Assembly (NCBI GenBank): GCA_963695345.1
Contig: OY968769.1
Coordinates: 1,600,001-1,664,000, forward strand
Reading direction: 5' to 3'
Origin: an uncultured Methanomassiliicoccales archaeon
GTDB lineage: Archaea; Thermoplasmatota; Thermoplasmata; Methanomassiliicoccales; UBA472
DNA length: 64,000 nucleotides
The translations under genes and the position numbers were made by a program. Positions 9,166-19,693 of the stretch are shown piece by piece. Numbering within the stretch: the stretch's first letter is position 1; each line of letters opens with the position of its first letter. The notes beneath the pieces are model-generated. The model made no database searches, was not told where the DNA came from, and saw nothing but the letters and a program-made list of their open reading frames with translations.

Positions 9166-10734
9166 TCACTCTTTCTTGACCGCCTCGCTTGCCTCGTGGA
9201 GCCAGACGACCGACTGCGGGAACGGGATCTCTATCCCGGCCTTGTTGAACTCCCGGAGGACCGCCTCACGGTAGTCTGAGCCGACCTTGAACTGGTTCTT
9301 GACATCGTCGACCCAGAGGAAGATCTTGAACAATAGGTCAGAGGCCTCGAAATCACTGAAGCGAACGACGGTCTTGTGGTCGTCATTGTTGAGCACGTTC
9401 GGGTGCTTGGCCGCCTCTTCGGTCAATATCCTCTTAACCTGTTCCACGTCCGATCCGTAGGCGACCCCGACCTTGACGGTGATTATCAGCTTACGGTCCG
9501 GCTCAACCATGTTCACGATCTTGTTGTTGGCGATCTGGTCATTGGGGATGATGACCTCCTCGTGGGTGAAGGTGTTGTAGAGCGTGGTCGACCGCATCCC
9601 GATGCGGGTGACCTCGCAGATATCTCCACCATCGATCTCCAGCAGGTCCCCGATCTTGAAGGGACGGTCGACCAGCATCTGCAATCCGGCGAAGAAGTTG
9701 GCCAATGTCGATTGCGCCGCGAAACCGATGACTATGCCCAGGAAGCCGACCCCGGCCAACAGAACAGTCACATCGTAACCGAACATGTTGAAGATGGCGA
9801 TCATGGCCAGGACCGGGATCAATACCATGCCGAGCTTCTCCACCACAGGGACGACGACGTCGTCGATCTCGGTGTTCGTTTTCTTGGAGAACTCCTTGGC
9901 GTAATACAGGACGACCTCATCGAATATCTTGTAGGCGACGTAGGCGATGAGGAGGATGACCATGAGGCTGTAGACCGTCTCGATCATCTTCACGTAGTTC
10001 CTGGGGAGATTCAGGATCTCCAGCGAATTGACCACTATTCCATAGGTGACGATGAAGATGAACACCGGGTACCTGAGGATCCGGAGCAGGATGTCATCCA
10101 GGTCTGATTCGGTCTTCCGGGTGGAAAAGTGAATGAGCGGGGCGACCCCGAACATGACCACCAGGGCGATGGCTATCCACCCCAGAAGGGTCACGAGGAA
10201 CGCCCCATAGTTCGAATCGAACGGGGCCGGCAGGTTGTTCTGCCACACTCCGAATATCATGTTCTGGCCCGCTTTCGTGCCATAGGTAGAATCGATATGC
10301 AGCGACACCTGCTTGGTGACCGTTATGGTCTGGGTCGGATCGTTCATCTGAGTGAACTCGAACACGACCGGGAAGGAGACATCGGTGGCTCCCAGGTCCG
10401 GGTTCGGGACCAGGGTCAGTTTCACTGTCGGCGCCTCGCCTGGGTAAACGGCGGTAAAGTTCTGCTCGAAGGTCGGGCTGATGTCATTCGTGTTCAAGCC
10501 AGTGACGTTGACCTTCAGCAAGAAGGGGGAGCTGTCATTGTTGAAGACGACCCATTCGAACGTGACATGCTGCGATGCGTCAATGCTGCTGGTATAGTTG
10601 TTCTCGTCAACATCAAAAACGTTGACCCCGCTGGCCTGCACGGTCGGGGCAATCGCCGCAAGCACCAGCAGCATGACGAACGGCATGGCCACGAGCCAAG
10701 CCATCTTCTTGCTCTTACCCTTCGATATAGACAT
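9166..10734 (-). CDS. MscS-family mechanosensitive channel with N-terminal extracellular domain
   Basis: GFAAQSTLANFFAG, DRPFKIGD and GIEIPFPQ motifs; signal peptide plus a ~120-aa beta-rich domain at the N-terminus. Confidence 0.9.
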   Translation of the reverse strand: MSISKGKSKKMAWLVAMPFVMLLVLAAIAPTVQASGVNVFDVDENNYTSSIDASQHVTFEWVVFNNDSSPFLLKVNVTGLNTNDISPTFEQNFTAVYPGEAPTVKLTLVPNPDLGATDVSFPVVFEFTQMNDPTQTITVTKQVSLHIDSTYGTKAGQNMIFGVWQNNLPAPFDSNYGAFLVTLLGWIAIALVVMFGVAPLIHFSTRKTESDLDDILLRILRYPVFIFIVTYGIVVNSLEILNLPRNYVKMIETVYSLMVILLIAYVAYKIFDEVVLYYAKEFSKKTNTEIDDVVVPVVEKLGMVLIPVLAMIAIFNMFGYDVTVLLAGVGFLGIVIGFAAQSTLANFFAGLQMLVDRPFKIGDLLEIDGGDICEVTRIGMRSTTLYNTFTHEEVIIPNDQIANNKIVNMVEPDRKLIITVKVGVAYGSDVEQVKRILTEEAAKHPNVLNNDDHKTVVRFSDFEASDLLFKIFLWVDDVKNQFKVGSDYREAVLREFNKAGIEIPFPQSVVWLHEASEAVKKE

Positions 10735-10876
10735 GTCCGCACACCCACCAAAAATGGAACGTAGATGCATCGTTTGACAATATTAAAAACTTCAGACGGT
10801 GCCCAGTTCCAATATTGATACCAGGCGTTACCAGGACAACAAAGGTAAATAATCGATAAATCTTTGAGCAGGGTGC

Positions 10877-11761
10877 ATGGATTGGCTTCCTTTTGTCAGA
10901 CTTGGCGTAGCATTGGCCATTGCCTGTTTCGCTTCCATAGCTGATTGGAGGAAGCGAGAGGTTTCCGATCTCCATTGGGCAGCGATGGGCATTGCCGGTC
11001 TGGCGTTATTGGCGGTCCAGATAGTCCAGGACAATGTGGACCTGACCTACCTGCTGTTCCTGTTACCGTTGGCATGGTTCTTCTTCGATATGCTGGTCGA
11101 ACGTCGGGGGATGTTCGAGGAAGGCATCAATCCACTGCCGATCGCTCTCTATCTGGGCAGCTTCGCCATAATCGCCTATCTGCTATCGCTCTTCTGGAGC
11201 GAAGGCTACATGTGGCAATTGATGGTCATTCCCGTACTGTTCGTGCTGTTCTTCTTCCTTTACCAGTTCAATATCATCAAGGGAGGGGCGGACGCGAAGG
11301 CGCTGATCGCCATCGCCATATTGATCCCGCGCTATCCCATGCTGGGGCCGTTCCCGTTGATCCATGTGGTGGTCGATGCCACCCAGTACATCATGCCGTT
11401 CGCCATCTTGGTGCTGTTCAACGCGGCGCTGCTGACCCTGACCGTCCCGGTGGTCATGTTCTTCCTTAACCTTTCCCGGCGCGATCTGCGGTTCCCGACG
11501 ATGTTCTTCGGGTATAAGATGGACCTTCCAAAGGCCAGGGAGAAGTTCGTGTGGCCTATGGAATACATCAAGGACGGGCAGTTGAAGATGTCCGTCTTCG
11601 TCAGGCCTGATGACGCCATCGAGGACCAGTTCGGTCAGCTGGAGGCCGCTGGCATGACCAGGATATGGGTGACCCCGAAGATACCGTTCCTCATCCCCAT
11701 CACAGCGTCGTTGTTGTTCTCGACCATCGTGGGCAACATCATCTTCTTCCTGATCGCATAA
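10877..11761 (+). CDS. A24 prepilin/prearchaellin peptidase (FlaK/PibD-like)
   Basis: DWRKREV and KGGADAKAL aspartate motifs; C-terminal WVTPKIPFLIPI. Confidence 0.85.
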   Translation: MDWLPFVRLGVALAIACFASIADWRKREVSDLHWAAMGIAGLALLAVQIVQDNVDLTYLLFLLPLAWFFFDMLVERRGMFEEGINPLPIALYLGSFAIIAYLLSLFWSEGYMWQLMVIPVLFVLFFFLYQFNIIKGGADAKALIAIAILIPRYPMLGPFPLIHVVVDATQYIMPFAILVLFNAALLTLTVPVVMFFLNLSRRDLRFPTMFFGYKMDLPKAREKFVWPMEYIKDGQLKMSVFVRPDDAIEDQFGQLEAAGMTRIWVTPKIPFLIPITASLLFSTIVGNIIFFLIA

Positions 11762-12399
11762 AATAAGCGCACTCGCTGGCAAGGGAACATCGGGAGCAGG
11801 ACGGGACCGCACGGCACACTTCCTTGGAATGCTGGACGATCAACGCGTAGAGGTCGTGGAGCTCACGCGGTCCTCCGATAAGTGTCGATTCCACAAAGGA
11901 TTGTACTTCATCGTAATCCTCTGAGCATAGCACGCCGGTGCGGTTCAGCATCCTGGATGAATATGCCGCCGCCACGAACTTGGCCCTCCCCGCTCCGAAC
12001 ACCAGAATGGAATCGGCCGTCTCTTTCCCGATCCCTCCGAGAGACAACAGTTCCCTCCTCACCGAATCCGTCGGTCCGGTCAGAAGGTGCATCGGATCGG
12101 AACCGTGACGTATCGACAATGTATGTTGCCAGCTCCCTTATCCTCTTGGCCTTCTGCCGGTAGAAACCGACGGGTTTGAGGATCGATTCAAGGACATCGA
12201 GGTCCACCGAGGCCATGCGGTCGACCTCCAGGAGCCCTTCCGCCCGGAGCCTGTCAAGAACCTTGGCCACGCTCTCCCAGGCGGTCTGCTGCGTGAGGAC
12301 CGCCCCGACCATCACCTCGAAAGGAGAATCTGATGGCCACCATTCCCTGACGTCATAGGTTCCGCGCAGCAGCTCCAGAAGCCTTTCGATGTCCAACAT
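11739..12399 (-). CDS. Endonuclease III-like HhH-GPD protein (frameshift near 12113)
   Basis: FEVMVGAVLTQQTAW..GFYRQKA in one frame; LGGIGKETADSI and a C-x5-C-x2-C-x5-C cluster motif in the other. Confidence 0.85.
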
Positions 12400-12423
12400 G
12401 GTCGTTCCATCGGTGCCGTTCCG

Positions 12424-13422
12424 CTACATGATCATGTTCAGCGGCTCTCCGCATTTGCCGCATTTACCGTTCGCGTCCATTGCCACCCTCTCCGCGTAGA
12501 ATCCCAGGCGCCGTACCGCCAGCGCACCGCATTTCGGGCAGGCGGTGTTCTCACCGTCGGTGGTTGCCAGGTTGCCCAGATAGACGAAGCCAAGTCCCGC
12601 CTCCAAAGCCACCGTTCGGGCCATCTCCATGGTCTTGACCGGTGTGGCCGGGATATCGCTCATCAGGTAGTCCGGATGGAACCGGGAGAAATGGACCGGC
12701 ATCCGCGCGTCGATACTCGCCGCCCAGCGGCAGAAGTCCCCGATCTCCTCAGGGGAGTCGTTGCGGCCGGGGATGATCAGATAGGTCAGCTCCACATGGA
12801 CGCCCAGGTCATGGGCCATCTCCACCGTGTCCAGCACCGGCTGCAGGCGGGCCTTGCATATCTTGCGGTAGAACTCGTCCCGGAACCCCTTCACGTCGAT
12901 GTTGGCGGCATCGATGACCTCCGCTAGTTTCCTGACCGGCTCTTCGTTAATGAAGCCGTTGGTAACGAACACGGTGAACTGCCCCTTTGCCTTGCAAGCC
13001 TTCGAGGCATCATAGATGAACTCGTGCCACATGGTCGGCTCGTTGTAGGTCCAGGCCACTCCCCCGCAGGTGGATTTCCGGCACAGTTCCGGAACCTCTT
13101 CCGGGGTGAGGTCCCGCAGGTGCACGTCGGCGATCTTGGCCTGGGAAATGGTGAAGTTCTGGCAATGCAGGCAGCCGAGGTTGCATCCCACGCTTCCGAA
13201 CGAAAGCACCTCCTTCCCCGGATGGAAATGAAAAAGGGGCTTCTTCTCGATGGGGTCCACTGCCATCGAGGAGGCCTTGCCGTAGGTAAGGGCGATCAGC
13301 ACTCCCTCCATGTTCTTCCTCACCCCGCATATGCCCGTCTTCCCTTCCGCTATGCGGCATTCGTGCGGGCACAGATGGCAAGCCACCTTGCCCTCGGCGG
13401 TGTCCCAGAACCTTGCCTCCAT
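12424..13422 (-). CDS. AmmeMemoRadiSam-type radical SAM enzyme (PFL-activase-like)
   Basis: CHLCPHEC, DPIEKKPLFHF, CNLGCLHCQN and TYNEP motifs. Confidence 0.9.
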   Translation of the reverse strand: MEARFWDTAEGKVACHLCPHECRIAEGKTGICGVRKNMEGVLIALTYGKASSMAVDPIEKKPLFHFHPGKEVLSFGSVGCNLGCLHCQNFTISQAKIADVHLRDLTPEEVPELCRKSTCGGVAWTYNEPTMWHEFIYDASKACKAKGQFTVFVTNGFINEEPVRKLAEVIDAANIDVKGFRDEFYRKICKARLQPVLDTVEMAHDLGVHVELTYLIIPGRNDSPEEIGDFCRWAASIDARMPVHFSRFHPDYLMSDIPATPVKTMEMARTVALEAGLGFVYLGNLATTDGENTACPKCGALAVRRLGFYAERVAMDANGKCGKCGEPLNMIM

Positions 13423-13426
13423 CGTT

Positions 13427-14389
13427 TCACCCTTTGAAATGTTCAAACCCTCTTCTTTCCAACGGCAGCAGCTGTCCGCTCCGGCGGACCACGTTCGAAC
13501 CGGTCCCGCGGGCCTCTCCGATCACGGTGAAGTCCTTTCCCAGCATCTGGTGCAGCTCTTCCTCCTTTTCGCGTTCCACGGTGAACAGCAACTGGTAGTC
13601 CCCGCCCGAGTACAGCACCATGTCCTCTACCGGCGTCAGCTTGAGCTCGGAGATCTCATAGACATCGTTGGGTATGGGGATGGAATCCCAATTGAGCACG
13701 AAATTGACATCGCTGGCTTTCGACAGCTCGTGGATGGACATGGCCAGACCATCCGATGTGTCCATGCAGGACGTCACCGCTCCGGACGCCGACAGGATGG
13801 CCGCTTCCTTCACCCGGGGTATCGGTTCCAGTAGGGCCTTTCTCGCCCGGGGGTGCTTGTTATCCAGAACAAGGTCCTCGAAGCCTGCCCCGGCCAGACC
13901 GGCTGAGCCGGTCATTGCCAGCAGATCTCCGGGCTTTGCTCCCTGGCGGAGAAGGATCCCATCCTTGCGCACTGTGCCCACCGCGGTACCGGCCAAGGCC
14001 ATCTCGTTGCATTCCTTGGTATCGCCTCCGACGTAGTCTGCGGCAACCATCTCGGAACATTCCTTGATGCCCCTGGCCACGTCCTTGACGTAGGACATAT
14101 CGGTCTCCTTGGGAAATCCCATGGAGACCACGAAGCAAAGCGGAATGGCGCCCATCGCGGCGATATCGCTGTAATTGACCGCCGCTACCGTCCATCCGAC
14201 CTGTTTCGCGGTCATGACGTCGGGCACGTGGGTATGCTTGGCGATCATGTCGGTGGTGATCACTAGATAGCGGTCTCCCAGATCGACCGCGGCCGCGTCA
14301 TCCCCCGGACCGATCCCGCCGCAGCTGCCGGCCAACTTGATCAGGTCTTCGACTACGGCCTTCTCTCCCATGTCCATCAATCGGCTCAT
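13427..14389 (-). CDS. thiL: Thiamine-monophosphate kinase
   Basis: GDDAA, VNYSDIAAMG, GGDT and DTSDGL motifs. Confidence 0.92.
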   Translation of the reverse strand: MSRLMDMGEKAVVEDLIKLAGSCGGIGPGDDAAAVDLGDRYLVITTDMIAKHTHVPDVMTAKQVGWTVAAVNYSDIAAMGAIPLCFVVSMGFPKETDMSYVKDVARGIKECSEMVAADYVGGDTKECNEMALAGTAVGTVRKDGILLRQGAKPGDLLAMTGSAGLAGAGFEDLVLDNKHPRARKALLEPIPRVKEAAILSASGAVTSCMDTSDGLAMSIHELSKASDVNFVLNWDSIPIPNDVYEISELKLTPVEDMVLYSGGDYQLLFTVEREKEEELHQMLGKDFTVIGEARGTGSNVVRRSGQLLPLERRGFEHFKG

Positions 14390-14492
14390 CGCTATGTCAC
14401 GGTAGGAGGGAGGATAAAATGGTTGCCACTCTCCCCCGGCGGGAAATGTGCCAAGCTTTTAGAACCCGAGGGTCATTAGAGGCCAGTCGCAC

Positions 14493-15740
14493 ATGAAAAT
14501 CGAAGTACCTTATGGCAAGGATGGCCATCAGCCGTTATCGATCCCGGACGGCAACTACCTGGGGACGCTGAGGCCTAATGAGCTTCCTCATTCGGACGAG
14601 CAAGGGGAGCTGCAGAGGGCGCTCCGGAGCCCAATATCCTCCGAAAGGATCGAGGACTTCCTCAGGGGCGGCAAGGATATCGTCTTCATCGTCAACGACG
14701 GCACGCGGCCAACTCCTACCGCCGCGGTGCTCCGCGCACTCTCAGGGAAGATCGACCTGAAGAGGGTCCGATTCCTGATCGCCACAGGCATCCATAGGGC
14801 ACCGACCGAGGACGAATACCGGATGATTTTCGGGGAGCTCTACGACCATGTCAAGGAGCAGGTGCATTCCCACGATTCCCGTAATGACCCGATGGTGCTC
14901 CTCGGCAGTTCCAAGAACGGGACCGAGATGGCGGTCAATGAGATGGCCGTCAACGCAGACCGGCTGGTCATCATCACCAGCGTGGAACCGCACTATTTCG
15001 CCGGCTATACCGGAGGACGCAAATCGTTCCTGCCCGGTGTCGCCTCTTACAGAACTATCGAACAGAACCACCGGCTGGCCATGAGGGCCGATGCCCAGGC
15101 GATCGCCCTGGCCGGCAATCCGGTCCATGAGGACATGATGGACGCGCTGCAGGTGGTCAAGGGGAAGAAGATATTCTCCATACAAGCGGTCCTGGACCGG
15201 CATCAGCACATATACCGGGTGGCGGCCGGGGACCTGCAGCGGTCCTTCGAGCAGGCGGTCAGATGGGCCAACGAGGTCTTTTCCGTTGAGATCGGCCAGA
15301 AGGCGGATGTGGTGGTCAGCGTCGCCCAATATCCGATGGACATAGACCTGTACCAGTCCCAGAAGGCGCTGGACAACGGGAAATGGGCGCTCAAGGAGGG
15401 CGGAACCCTCATCCTGGTCTCCAAGTGCCGTACCGGGGTGGGCGACGAAGTGTTCTGCGATCAGCTCTCTCTTTCCCGCGACCCCAACCAGATACTTGAC
15501 AACCTGGCCAAGGGATACAAGCTGGGTTATCATAAGGCGGCCAAGGTGGCCGAGATAATGACCTGGGCCAAGATATCCGCGGTCACCGACCTGGACCCGG
15601 CATTGATCGCAAGGATAAACATGACCCCGTTCAAGGACGTCCAGACAGCGGTGGACCATGCGATCGAGAAAGGCCCGGACACCAAGGTCATGGTAATCAT
15701 GGACGGCAGCGTCCTGGTCCCGAGGCTGGTGCTGAAATGA
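14493..15740 (+). CDS. larA: Nickel-pincer lactate racemase (LarA family)
   Basis: DGTRPTP, ATGIHR, EPHYFAGYTGGRKS and DLYQSQK motifs. Confidence 0.85.
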   Translation: MKIEVPYGKDGHQPLSIPDGNYLGTLRPNELPHSDEQGELQRALRSPISSERIEDFLRGGKDIVFIVNDGTRPTPTAAVLRALSGKIDLKRVRFLIATGIHRAPTEDEYRMIFGELYDHVKEQVHSHDSRNDPMVLLGSSKNGTEMAVNEMAVNADRLVIITSVEPHYFAGYTGGRKSFLPGVASYRTIEQNHRLAMRADAQAIALAGNPVHEDMMDALQVVKGKKIFSIQAVLDRHQHIYRVAAGDLQRSFEQAVRWANEVFSVEIGQKADVVVSVAQYPMDIDLYQSQKALDNGKWALKEGGTLILVSKCRTGVGDEVFCDQLSLSRDPNQILDNLAKGYKLGYHKAAKVAEIMTWAKISAVTDLDPALIARINMTPFKDVQTAVDHAIEKGPDTKVMVIMDGSVLVPRLVLK

Positions 15741-16846
15741 GCGATTACATCGAGGCCGAGAATCTGAAGGAGGTCAAGAAGACCATGATGACCTGCACCT
15801 ACTGCGGGTTCTGCAAATCAGTGTGTCCGGTCTTCGAAGGGATAGGATGGGACCCGAGCGTGGCCCGTGGCCGCATGATCCTTTCGTATGGTCTGCTCCA
15901 GAAAGACATTGAGGCGGACGAATCGGTGATCGAGAACCTGTATCAGTGCACCACCTGCAAGGACTGTGAAAGGCGTTGCCCCTCCAACATCGAAGTGGTC
16001 GATGTCGTGGAGCGGGCCAGGAAGGACCTGGTAGCGGCCGGGAAGATGCTGCCCAAACACCGGGCCCTGGTGGACAACGTGCTCAAGCACGGCAACCCGT
16101 ATGGCGAGAGGGATGGGGTGCCAAAGACCCTGGGAAGGGAGCCGAAAAATGCAGAGCTCGGTTACTTCGTCGGATGCACCGCGGCCTACCGGAACAAGAG
16201 CACATCATCGGCGACCCTGTCCATCCTGGACAAGATCGGTGAGGATTTCACGGTGATCGACGAGGTGTGCTGCGGAAGCGTGCTCCAGCGCGTCGGAGTG
16301 GACGACGATACGGTCGAGACGATCATGGAAAGGAACGTGCAGGCCATGTCCGACCAGGGATTGGACGAGCTGGTCCTTTCCTGCGCCGGCTGCTACCGTA
16401 TGTTCAAGGAAGAGTATCCGAAGCATGTCAAGGTGCCCTTCAAGGTGAAACACATCTCTGAGCATCTGGCCGAGCGCGATCTCAAATTGCGGCCCTCGAC
16501 GGGAGTAATAACCTATCACGACCCATGCCATCTGGGACGCCACTGCGGCGTTTATGAAGCGCCCAGGGAAGTGCTGAGGAAGATCCCCGGGACGGAGCTG
16601 AGGGAGATGCCCAGGAACCGTTCCACCGCGCGTTGCTGCGGTGGCGGCGGGGGCGTTCGTTCAGGCTATCCCGACCTTGCATCCAAGATCGCCGCCAAAC
16701 GCGTAGATGAAGCGCAGTTCGCCGACCTGTTGGTCACATCATGCCCATTTTGTGTCAACAATCTCAACGTGGGCAAGCAAGCGAGCGGGTCGAAGGTGGA
16801 GATCATCGACCTGGTGGAGCTCGTCGACTCATTGATGGAGGATTGA
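15737..16846 (+). CDS. Fe-S protein with 2x[4Fe-4S] and two CCG domains (HdrD/GlcF-like)
   Basis: CTYCGFC..CP, CTTCKDC..CP, CCG, YHDPCHLGR and CCGGGGG motifs. Confidence 0.9.
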   Translation: MSDYIEAENLKEVKKTMMTCTYCGFCKSVCPVFEGIGWDPSVARGRMILSYGLLQKDIEADESVIENLYQCTTCKDCERRCPSNIEVVDVVERARKDLVAAGKMLPKHRALVDNVLKHGNPYGERDGVPKTLGREPKNAELGYFVGCTAAYRNKSTSSATLSILDKIGEDFTVIDEVCCGSVLQRVGVDDDTVETIMERNVQAMSDQGLDELVLSCAGCYRMFKEEYPKHVKVPFKVKHISEHLAERDLKLRPSTGVITYHDPCHLGRHCGVYEAPREVLRKIPGTELREMPRNRSTARCCGGGGGVRSGYPDLASKIAAKRVDEAQFADLLVTSCPFCVNNLNVGKQASGSKVEIIDLVELVDSLMED

Positions 16847-16848
16847 AC

Positions 16849-18021
16849 ATGGCCAGAGTTCGGACCTATGCGACCTATGACGAGGCGGTCTCGGAGTGGA
16901 GGAGGAACGGGATACCGGAGGAATACATCGACCGGAAGAGGCTCTTTGGCCGCACCATCGTGTTCCAGGACGACCTCGGCACCGAAGACGCCGAAAAGCT
17001 GGTCAAGATGGCCCGAGCCGCCGGGGAGGACGCGTTCATCTGCCGGAAGGCCAAGGTCCCCCGGGTAATGGTGAGCTGCAAGCCCTCGTTCTTCGACCAG
17101 GTATCGGTGGCCGAAGGGGAGCTCGGCTCATTGGGCAGACCATTGGCGGAGGCGTTCCGCAACTTTCATTCCGATTATGTCCAGCCGCTCAGGCTGCGGA
17201 AGAGGGAACTGCGATTCGACCGCACCCTGGTGATGGGGATACTGAACGTCACCCCGGATTCGTTCTCCGACGGCGGACTGCACCGCTCCGCCGAGGAGTC
17301 GATCGATCATGGATTGGCGATGGTGGACCAAGGTGCCGACATCATAGACATCGGAGGGGAATCCACCCGGCCGGGGGCGTCGCCCACCAGCATCGAGCAG
17401 GAACTAGGACGGGTCCTGCCGGTGATCAAGGGTCTGGCCTCTTCGGTTAGGACGCCTATCTCCATCGATACCAGGCATGCCGAGGTAGCCCGCCAGGCGA
17501 TGGAGCACGGAGCGGATATTGTCAATGATGTCTCGGGCCTACGGGAAGCAGGCATGATCTCGGTCATCAAGGAAACCGGGGCGGCGGCGATAGTCATGCA
17601 CATGCGGGGCGAGCCGGGCGACATGCAAACAAACACGGTCTACGATGATATCGTCGGGGATGTAGGGAAATTCCTGACCTCCAGGTTGGATGAGGCGGCA
17701 AGTGCGGGGATAGACCCTTCCCGCCTGGCAATAGACCCCGGCATCGGTTTCGGGAAGGACGTCAAAGGAAACCTTGACCTGATCCGCAGGCTTCGTGAGT
17801 TCCGCAGCTACGGCCGTCCCATAATGGTCGGGGCGTCCCGAAAAGGATTCATCGGCAAGGTGCTGGGCGGGAATCCCGATGAACGCCTGACCGGTTCCTT
17901 GGTGTCCGCCACCGCCGCGATCATGAACGGGGCCAACATTGTCCGGGCCCACGACGTCCTGGAGACCGTGAAAATGGCTCGCATGGTCGATGCTATCCGG
18001 TTGCCGAACTACAAGGGGTAG
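16849..18021 (+). CDS. folP: Dihydropteroate synthase with N-terminal extension
   Basis: MGILNVTPDSFSDGG, GGESTRPG, DPGIGFGK and SRK motifs. Confidence 0.92.
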   Translation: MARVRTYATYDEAVSEWRRNGIPEEYIDRKRLFGRTIVFQDDLGTEDAEKLVKMARAAGEDAFICRKAKVPRVMVSCKPSFFDQVSVAEGELGSLGRPLAEAFRNFHSDYVQPLRLRKRELRFDRTLVMGILNVTPDSFSDGGLHRSAEESIDHGLAMVDQGADIIDIGGESTRPGASPTSIEQELGRVLPVIKGLASSVRTPISIDTRHAEVARQAMEHGADIVNDVSGLREAGMISVIKETGAAAIVMHMRGEPGDMQTNTVYDDIVGDVGKFLTSRLDEAASAGIDPSRLAIDPGIGFGKDVKGNLDLIRRLREFRSYGRPIMVGASRKGFIGKVLGGNPDERLTGSLVSATAAIMNGANIVRAHDVLETVKMARMVDAIRLPNYKG

Positions 18022-18022
18022 T

Positions 18023-18226
18023 TCATCCGCCCAGTAGTAAGACCATAAGGGAGATCAAGATAACGGCGGCGATCGCCCCGACATAGAAGAGGTTCATCCG
18101 CCGGGTCTCCTTCTTGACCTTGGCACGGTACTCGTCCTTGCACTCGTCCGAACAGAACTCTTCACCCACTGGTATGGGGTCATCGCACATGATACAGTGG
18201 GTGTGGTCTGGCAAAATGTCGGTCAT
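18023..18226 (-). CDS. DUF2116-like Zn-ribbon membrane protein
   Basis: HTHCIMC...FCSDEC followed by a C-terminal TM helix. Confidence 0.8.
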   Translation of the reverse strand: MTDILPDHTHCIMCDDPIPVGEEFCSDECKDEYRAKVKKETRRMNLFYVGAIAAVILISLMVLLLGG

Positions 18227-18253
18227 GTTCGAAGTCCAATAATTCCCACCATC

Positions 18254-18844
18254 TTAATACTTGCTGGGGATCAGCACCGACGCCACGGATGAAGCGACGA
18301 TGACCTTGATGGAGTCAATGACCACGAATGGGACGAATCCCAGCATGAAAGCGGTCAGCAGGTCCGTTTGCAGGATCAGGCCGAGCTGGAGCGATCCCAA
18401 ACTTAGAATGAGCGCATCAGCCGCCATCAATGCCAGCAATATCTGGCCATGGCTCATGCCCTTCCGCCGCTCCACAATCTCGCCAAGCAGGAACGATGCC
18501 GCGACGAAACCTAGCAGGTATCCTCCGGTGATGCCGGCCAGGGCCGCAAACCCTACCATGCCGGTGAACCAACCGAATGTCCCCGCCATCCCGATGAACA
18601 TGAGCTGGCTGATCACTCCGTATCGACCGATCACGACCGCCGCCAATAATACTACCAGCACCTGTCCCGTGAAGGGTACTGGAGTGAAAGGGAGGAAGAA
18701 GCGGATTTGGGCCGCCAGGGCGGTTAGGACCGCCAAGAGGAAGGCAGCGCCCAACTTTTCCATCACCGTCGCTTCATTGCGCCATCGGCATAGAGACCCT
18801 CCGACGTGATCCCGGAACTGACCATAGGCAATTGCGCTGTTCAT
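18254..18844 (-). CDS. bioY: Biotin transporter BioY
   Basis: AQIRFFLPFTPVPFTGQ and TGGYLLGF motifs. Confidence 0.88.
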   Translation of the reverse strand: MNSAIAYGQFRDHVGGSLCRWRNEATVMEKLGAAFLLAVLTALAAQIRFFLPFTPVPFTGQVLVVLLAAVVIGRYGVISQLMFIGMAGTFGWFTGMVGFAALAGITGGYLLGFVAASFLLGEIVERRKGMSHGQILLALMAADALILSLGSLQLGLILQTDLLTAFMLGFVPFVVIDSIKVIVASSVASVLIPSKY

Positions 18845-19019
18845 CGAAACGATCGAATGGAGTGCCGCTTGATAAACGTTATCATGCGGCAACATCCAGT
18901 ACCTTCGGTTTTAGTCATATAGTACTGGATAATTCCTGCAAAGTTTTATAGCCGGCTAGCGATTGAACGGCATAGACGTTATTTTCCTTTAATGGGTCTG
19001 GACGTTTGGTGGCGGCAAG

Positions 19020-19517
19020 ATGAGAAGGGTTTTGGTACGTGGGGACATTTGCATAGGATGCAGGTCTTGTGAAATAGCCTGCATGCAACAGCATCTAGGT
19101 GATAATCATGGCGACCCGAGTTCCCGACCGCTAGCGGTTCCGAGGGTGAAGGTGGAGTGCGGCATCCTGGACCGGGCCTCCTGCCCCGTGGACGATTCCA
19201 TTAGAGGTGCCCGGGGCAACCTGCCTAAGACCATCGTCATCCTGTGCCAGCATTGCGATGAGCCAGAATGCGTCGGGGCTTGCGTCGCGGGTGCTCTGAC
19301 CAAGGATGCGGACGGTGCGGTAAGTTATCACCAGGAACTCTGTATTGGCTGTATGGTGTGCATAACAGCCTGCCCTTACCAGGCGATATTCCAGGACCAG
19401 GCCGGTAAGGCTGTGGTCAAGTGCGATCTGTGCGCAGGCAAGGAGATACCATCCTGCGTCGAGGCCTGTAAGGTTGAGGCGCTATACCTCGAATCGGGTT
19501 CCAATGAGGGCAAGTGA
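19020..19517 (+). CDS. 4Fe-4S dicluster protein (CooF/HydN-like)
   Basis: CIGCRSCEIAC, CQHCDEPECVGAC, CIGCMVC..CP and KCDLC motifs. Confidence 0.9.
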   Translation: MRRVLVRGDICIGCRSCEIACMQQHLGDNHGDPSSRPLAVPRVKVECGILDRASCPVDDSIRGARGNLPKTIVILCQHCDEPECVGACVAGALTKDADGAVSYHQELCIGCMVCITACPYQAIFQDQAGKAVVKCDLCAGKEIPSCVEACKVEALYLESGSNEGK

Positions 19518-19693
19518 ACGCATCTTCAAGAACGAGTGATTGGAATCGGCGTTGCTGGCACCGCGACGATAATGTATCGGCCAACTTGCCTGAAGGAGTT
19601 CGTTCGTAGTCATTTTCCATAAGGACGGAGTATTTATTTCAGTCCACGTCGCTATCACATCTTGAGGAATAACCGAGGAAACTGCACCTCCGG

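Noticed and set aside
12399-12426. Amber (pyrrolysine) readthrough fusing the radical SAM enzyme to the EndoIII-like gene (TAG, 8 sense codons, then an in-frame ATG)
   Set aside because: Both proteins are complete on their own, in-frame spacing has about a 1-in-3 chance, and there are no pyl genes in the window
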